Source of the DNA: an uncultured Planctomycetales bacterium
GTDB taxonomy: Bacteria > Omnitrophota > Gorgyraeia > Zapsychrales > Fredricksoniimonadaceae
Assembly: GCA_964572155.1 (NCBI GenBank)
Contig: CAZNDZ010000001.1
Location: 648,840 to 712,839 of the forward strand
Length of the DNA stretch: 64,000 bases
Direction: 5' to 3'
The translations under genes and the position numbers were made by a program. Position 1 is the stretch's first letter. Every line of letters begins with the position of its first letter. Below are positions 59,744-64,000 of this stretch, piece by piece. The notes below the pieces were generated by a model. The model was given only the letters and a program-made list of their open reading frames with translations. It did not search any database and was not told the origin of the DNA.

Positions 59744-62700
59744 ATGCAGAAAGCCCTTTTTAGCCTTATTTTAGTTAGTTTCTTATCCTCAACAATTTCG
59801 CTTCCAGCTGCACGAGCACAGGTGGTTTTACCTCAGATGCCGGCGCCTGGGACTATGGTTGACGTAACGCCTGCGTTTACACCAGCCTACTTAAAAGGTC
59901 TTGTCATTCATCCTGAATATCCGCTGCAATTTGATTTTCTCGTCCATCGTGGGCAAGGAAATTTAAGTGATTCACAAAAAAATCAAGAATACTCAAAGCT
60001 CATCAAGTATTTTCTAACCGCATTAACCATCTCAGAAAAAGATCAATGGGTGAATTTAAGTCCTTATGAAAAAGAGCGCATCATCCCAGACACATTCGGC
60101 CAGACGCAAATGGGGCAGGACCTGTTAGCTCAAGATTATATGCTCAAGCAGTTGTCCGCGAGCTTGCTTTATCCTGAAGGGGAAGCTGGTAAGCGATTTT
60201 GGTCGAGTATTTATGCATCTGCTAAAAAGCATGGCGGGCTAAATGTGCCTCTTAATGCCTTTAATAAAGTATGGATTGTCCCAGACAAAGCTGTGCTGTA
60301 TGAAAAAGGCAACACCGTTTATGTTTTAGAAAATCATTTGAAGGTGATGTTGGAGGAAGATTATTTAGCTAAGGGTAAGAATAAAATAAAATCTTCTAAT
60401 ACGAATTCTGAAATCATTAAACAAATCATCCTTCCTGAAATTGAAAAAGAAATCAATACCGGCAAAAATTTCGCAGCCTTGCGTCAAGTATATAGCGGCA
60501 TGTTGTTGGCGACCTGGTATAAACGCGCGTTAAAAGAATCATTATTAAACAAGGTTTATGCTAATCAAGCCAAAGTGCAAGGCGTTGATGCTAATCCAGA
60601 AAACAATCAAGCGATCTACGCGCAGTATTTGCAGGCTTTTAAAAAAGGCGCATTTAATTTGATCAAAGACACAGACGAGATGGGCGTGTCTGGTCCAAGG
60701 AAATATTTTGCAGGTGGGACAAAATCATACGATCCTAATAAAATTATTGTCTTAAAAAAGATAGATAGTGCGATGGCAGAGGGAGTTAATGATGAAGAAG
60801 AAAATGTAGATATAGCCCACGTTCGACTAGGATCACAAACAAATGGCTCAGTTCAAAGCATTTATCGGTTTCGAGATGCTAGTCCGTATAAACGAATTGC
60901 TAGAAAAGTAGGAATGGTGCCACGTATAAAGGTAAGTAAAGGTGCTGAAGCTACGGGGGCAGTCTCAGAAGCAAGATTGCCGGATATTGTTTTAGAGCAA
61001 TCAGTTCCAAAGAAGATATTGCAGCGTTCAAATCAACATGCTATCAGAGCAAAGCTAAGAAAGATTATACAAATAAGAGAAAAGATTTCGGAAGGGCTTG
61101 ATTTATACATGTCGAATACTGGAGATATGGGATTTGTGTTGGGAGTAAATTATGAGGTTGAGAAAAACAAAGGCTGGATTTTCCAAGATGAGTACAGAAA
61201 AATGAATGGATTAGCCGGGTGGGGGTTGTTTTCAAAGATGATGTATAAGAATAATTTAACCAATACATTACCTGGGGCGCAAAGCATTCAATTAAATCCT
61301 ATCACAGAGTCGCAAATGCGCATAGTTTTAGGCGCTGTTAAATATAAGCGTTATTGGGATATTATTGAACCATATTTGCCTAATGAGGATTTTGATGCTG
61401 AGCTTGAGATTTATCAGTTTTTAGCCAATGACATTGGTTTAACACTCGGTACTTATAACGAAGATTATCCTGCGCCTTCAAGAGTTAAGCAGAAAACAAC
61501 ATATTATTTGAAAGATGCGTTAAATATTTCAAAAGATGAGTTAGAAGCAAAAATGCTTACAACATTACTCAATTTGGAATGGTTTTTACAACAAGATGCC
61601 GCTATGTCTTCGCGAAGAGAATTTCTATCAAGAGTGTGGCTTGCTGTCTTGGCAGCAACTGGGGCGATCAATTCTACGGGAAATTCTGAATATAGGGAAT
61701 TGGTTGGTAATGTTGGGATGACATTTCGATTTATTGAGCGCAATTTTCGAAGTCCTTACCCAGATCCTGTTGTTGCTCGGGCTAGTTTTTTAGAGAAGAT
61801 GGCTATCTTGCATGAAAAGAGTGTGGATATTGAAGTTAGTCTAGAGAAACTCTCAAAAATAATTAAAGGAAAGCTCTTCAAAGAAACTAGGCAAGGGGCA
61901 ATGGAATATTTGCTTGAGACCAGAGAAATGTTATTGCTTCGAGAATATAGACTATTAGATAATTTATTATTGAGTAATCCTCGACAAAATGCTGTTTTGG
62001 TTAGAGAGCGTGCATATGAAATTTTAAATAATGTTCCAATGCCAGCCTATATTCAGGAAGAATATAAAGCCTTGATTAAGAAGACAATTAATGATTCTGC
62101 TCAAGCATCTATTGAAAATAGATTTCAACGATATGCCGACATTGGAAAGTTGTTTGAGGGGAATCCGGAGGTTTTAAAGAAGGGATGGTGGGTGGCTTTT
62201 GATTTGGATAGAACGAAGGATATTGTAGGGGATGAGCGTCAGATACAAATGGTTAGATTATTGAATAAGGTTTTGATTGATCATGTTGGTCAAGATGTGC
62301 AATTTTTTTCTACCTGGCGTGTGGATATTCATTTTCAAAAGGAAGAAGGTTTTATGTATATTCCCTCGTCACTAAAAAAGGGGCAATTGTCTGCGTTATT
62401 AGATGATATACGTTTAGCATTTAAGACATTATCAAAAGGTCAAACAGTCACATTTGCAGCACTGCCTGCCAGACAAGTCGGTTTGATCAAAGCGAATCAT
62501 AAGCAGCTGTTTAATATTGTGGGGCCAGATAAGATGGATGAAATTTTCTTTTCTACATTAAGAGAATCAAAGGGCAAACGCGATGTAGCAAGGACTGACA
62601 CATATGGGGATAAGACAGTTTTTGTTCCTAAGGGGGGTATTGATATGAACCCAGATGGATTAGAGCTTGAGATTAAGCGGGATCAAACGATAAAGATGTC

Positions 62701-62809
62701 TCAGATGAATGTTAGTTCCATTGATTTAGGCCAGATTCAAGGGTTTGTACCACGCATTTTATCCATCGTTCCCGCCTCGGAAACGTCGGTTTTTAGCAGT
62801 TTGCAATAA
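59744..62809 (+). CDS. Secreted modular protein B (paralog of 47371-49959)
   Basis: Same signal peptide, N-domain and GGID C-cap; internal modules bounded by DSAM, DAAM, DSAQ. Confidence 0.8.
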   Translation: MQKALFSLILVSFLSSTISLPAARAQVVLPQMPAPGTMVDVTPAFTPAYLKGLVIHPEYPLQFDFLVHRGQGNLSDSQKNQEYSKLIKYFLTALTISEKDQWVNLSPYEKERIIPDTFGQTQMGQDLLAQDYMLKQLSASLLYPEGEAGKRFWSSIYASAKKHGGLNVPLNAFNKVWIVPDKAVLYEKGNTVYVLENHLKVMLEEDYLAKGKNKIKSSNTNSEIIKQIILPEIEKEINTGKNFAALRQVYSGMLLATWYKRALKESLLNKVYANQAKVQGVDANPENNQAIYAQYLQAFKKGAFNLIKDTDEMGVSGPRKYFAGGTKSYDPNKIIVLKKIDSAMAEGVNDEEENVDIAHVRLGSQTNGSVQSIYRFRDASPYKRIARKVGMVPRIKVSKGAEATGAVSEARLPDIVLEQSVPKKILQRSNQHAIRAKLRKIIQIREKISEGLDLYMSNTGDMGFVLGVNYEVEKNKGWIFQDEYRKMNGLAGWGLFSKMMYKNNLTNTLPGAQSIQLNPITESQMRIVLGAVKYKRYWDIIEPYLPNEDFDAELEIYQFLANDIGLTLGTYNEDYPAPSRVKQKTTYYLKDALNISKDELEAKMLTTLLNLEWFLQQDAAMSSRREFLSRVWLAVLAATGAINSTGNSEYRELVGNVGMTFRFIERNFRSPYPDPVVARASFLEKMAILHEKSVDIEVSLEKLSKIIKGKLFKETRQGAMEYLLETREMLLLREYRLLDNLLLSNPRQNAVLVRERAYEILNNVPMPAYIQEEYKALIKKTINDSAQASIENRFQRYADIGKLFEGNPEVLKKGWWVAFDLDRTKDIVGDERQIQMVRLLNKVLIDHVGQDVQFFSTWRVDIHFQKEEGFMYIPSSLKKGQLSALLDDIRLAFKTLSKGQTVTFAALPARQVGLIKANHKQLFNIVGPDKMDEIFFSTLRESKGKRDVARTDTYGDKTVFVPKGGIDMNPDGLELEIKRDQTIKMSQMNVSSIDLGQIQGFVPRILSIVPASETSVFSSLQ

Positions 62810-62810
62810 A

Positions 62811-62839
62811 TTGACGCAATGGGGTATGGGTGTTAGAAT
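62811..62839 (+). promoter_or_regulatory. Sigma70 promoter upstream of tRNA-Pro
   Basis: TTGACG-17 nt-TAGAAT. Confidence 0.65.
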
Positions 62840-62963
62840 AGCCAGCTTTTATGCGGGGTTTCGGGAAGGCATACTTTTCTAGTAGTTGTTCTATTAAGTT
62901 TATGGAAGTCTGCACATCTCCCGAAATTTCCTGTATGTAGGTTTTGATAGTCAGAGGAAATTT

Positions 62964-63037
62964 CGGGAAGTAGCGCAGGTGGCTAGCGCGCTTCGTTCGG
63001 GACGAAGAGGTCGTGGGTTCAAATCCCGCCTTCCCGA
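62964..63037 (+). tRNA. tRNA-Pro (anticodon CGG)
   Basis: Acceptor CGGGAAG/CTTCCCG, anticodon arm CTTCG-TTCGGGA-CGAAG, T-loop GGTTCAAATCC; CCA not encoded. Confidence 0.96.
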
Positions 63038-63114
63038 CTTTATTAAAAAAGGGATTTGAAGCCGAGTCGAGCGCCAACGGTTCAAGCGAGACCGGCCGGA
63101 AGCAAAAAATTAAT

Positions 63115-64000
63115 ATGGTTCCATCCCATATCACAGACGTCAAGCAGCGTATCCAAGAGCTTTCTTCTCAAATCGAAGCGCATAATCGACGCTATTATGT
63201 AGATCAAAAACCAACCATTGGGGACACCCAATATGATGCGCTATTAGCAGAGTTAATTAAGTTAGAAGAACAATACCCGCAATTTAGATTACCCGATTCC
63301 CCAACCCAACGTGTTGGCACCAAGGTGCAAGGAAATTTACCTGTGATCACGCATCAGGTAAAAATGTTGTCGTTGGATAATACGTATTCGAAGGGAGATT
63401 TATTGTTGTGGGAGGGGCGAGTTAAGAAGGGTTTATCTGAAGCATTTGAATTGACAGCGGAATTAAAAGTCGATGGTGTTAGTTGTGCGTTGATCTATGA
63501 AAATGGCATTTTAGTGCAAGCAGCAACGCGTGGTGATGGGGTTACTGGTGAAGATGTGACGCATAATGTTAAGACGATCAAAGATGTGCCTTTGCAATTA
63601 AAAGGTAAATTTCCAAAAATATTAGAAGTGCGCGGTGAAGTCTATATGGATAAAGCAGACTTTGCTAAAGTCAATGCTGCGCGCAGCGCAAATCAAGATG
63701 AAGTTTTTGCAAACCCCCGCAATGCAGCCAGCGGTGCGTTAAAATTGTTAGATAGCCGTGAGACAGCTCGACGTAAATTGCGTTTTTTTGTCCATTCGTT
63801 TGGAAGGCTTGAAGGTGGTGTGGCCGTTAAAAGCCAATGGGAATTTTTAAAAGCCGCAGGTCAGTATGGTTTGCCAGTTAATCCAGCAAATCGTTTGTGT
63901 AAGAGTTTAAATGAGGTGATTGATTTTTGTGATGCATCTTTGGCAAAGCGTGAGGCAACATCTTATGAATTTGACGGGGTGGTTGTAAAAGTTAACGATC
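63115..64000 (+). CDS. ligA: NAD-dependent DNA ligase (partial, runs off window)
   Basis: Translated by eye: HNRRYY..D..YD.L..EL..LE, PDSPTQRVG, MLSLDN, ELKVDG, ATRGDG..GEDVT, EVRGEV, FANPRNAASG. Confidence 0.96.
   Translation, partial: MVPSHITDVKQRIQELSSQIEAHNRRYYVDQKPTIGDTQYDALLAELIKLEEQYPQFRLPDSPTQRVGTKVQGNLPVITHQVKMLSLDNTYSKGDLLLWEGRVKKGLSEAFELTAELKVDGVSCALIYENGILVQAATRGDGVTGEDVTHNVKTIKDVPLQLKGKFPKILEVRGEVYMDKADFAKVNAARSANQDEVFANPRNAASGALKLLDSRETARRKLRFFVHSFGRLEGGVAVKSQWEFLKAAGQYGLPVNPANRLCKSLNEVIDFCDASLAKREATSYEFDGVVVKVND

Noticed and set aside
702-61743. Numerous short antisense or alternate-frame ORFs in the track (e.g. 7544-8008, 35554-35937, 57268-57669)
   Set aside because: They overlap well-supported genes and show no recognisable motifs.
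47371-62809. Diversity-generating retroelement explaining the paralog similarity
   Set aside because: No reverse transcriptase, and the similarity is protein-level with synonymous divergence, not an adenine-specific TR/VR pair.
63050-63105. GC-rich imperfect hairpin after the tRNA as an ncRNA or att site
   Set aside because: No second copy of the tRNA 3' end and no integrase in the window; too little evidence.
62793-63143. 116-aa minus-strand ORF
   Set aside because: Antisense to tRNA-Pro and the ligA start; shadow ORF.

Overview
Bacterial chromosome segment, almost all + strand. Gene content and one protein family suggest Candidatus Omnitrophota (PVC-related); this is an inference. Housekeeping blocks: pstA-pstB-phoU, rpsO-pnp-ftsK-rodZ-rimO-pgsA-pgpA, ribBA-ribH-nusB-PHP-ribD-ribE, tRNA-Pro(CGG) and partial ligA. 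Also present: a type II secretion/pseudopilus cluster, a CDP-3,6-dideoxyhexose cluster, a two-component cluster and a BrnT/BrnA toxin-antitoxin pair. Three things stand out. (1) Two paralogous secreted proteins (47371-49959, 59744-62809) share a ~330-aa N-domain and a C-terminal GGID..IKRD..VPRI cap but carry unrelated internal modules bounded by D-x-A-M motifs, suggesting a modular cargo/polyprotein system. (2) An AT-rich island (about 16.3-23.2 kb) downstream of a signal-peptide RHS toxin and its putative immunity gene, in which most genes are bracketed by related short inverted repeats and two REP-associated HUH transposases (RAYT) sit in their own inverted repeats. (3) A ParA ATPase fused to a glycogen-binding domain. 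Many genes appear leaderless. All calls come from motif recognition by eye; no searches were run.
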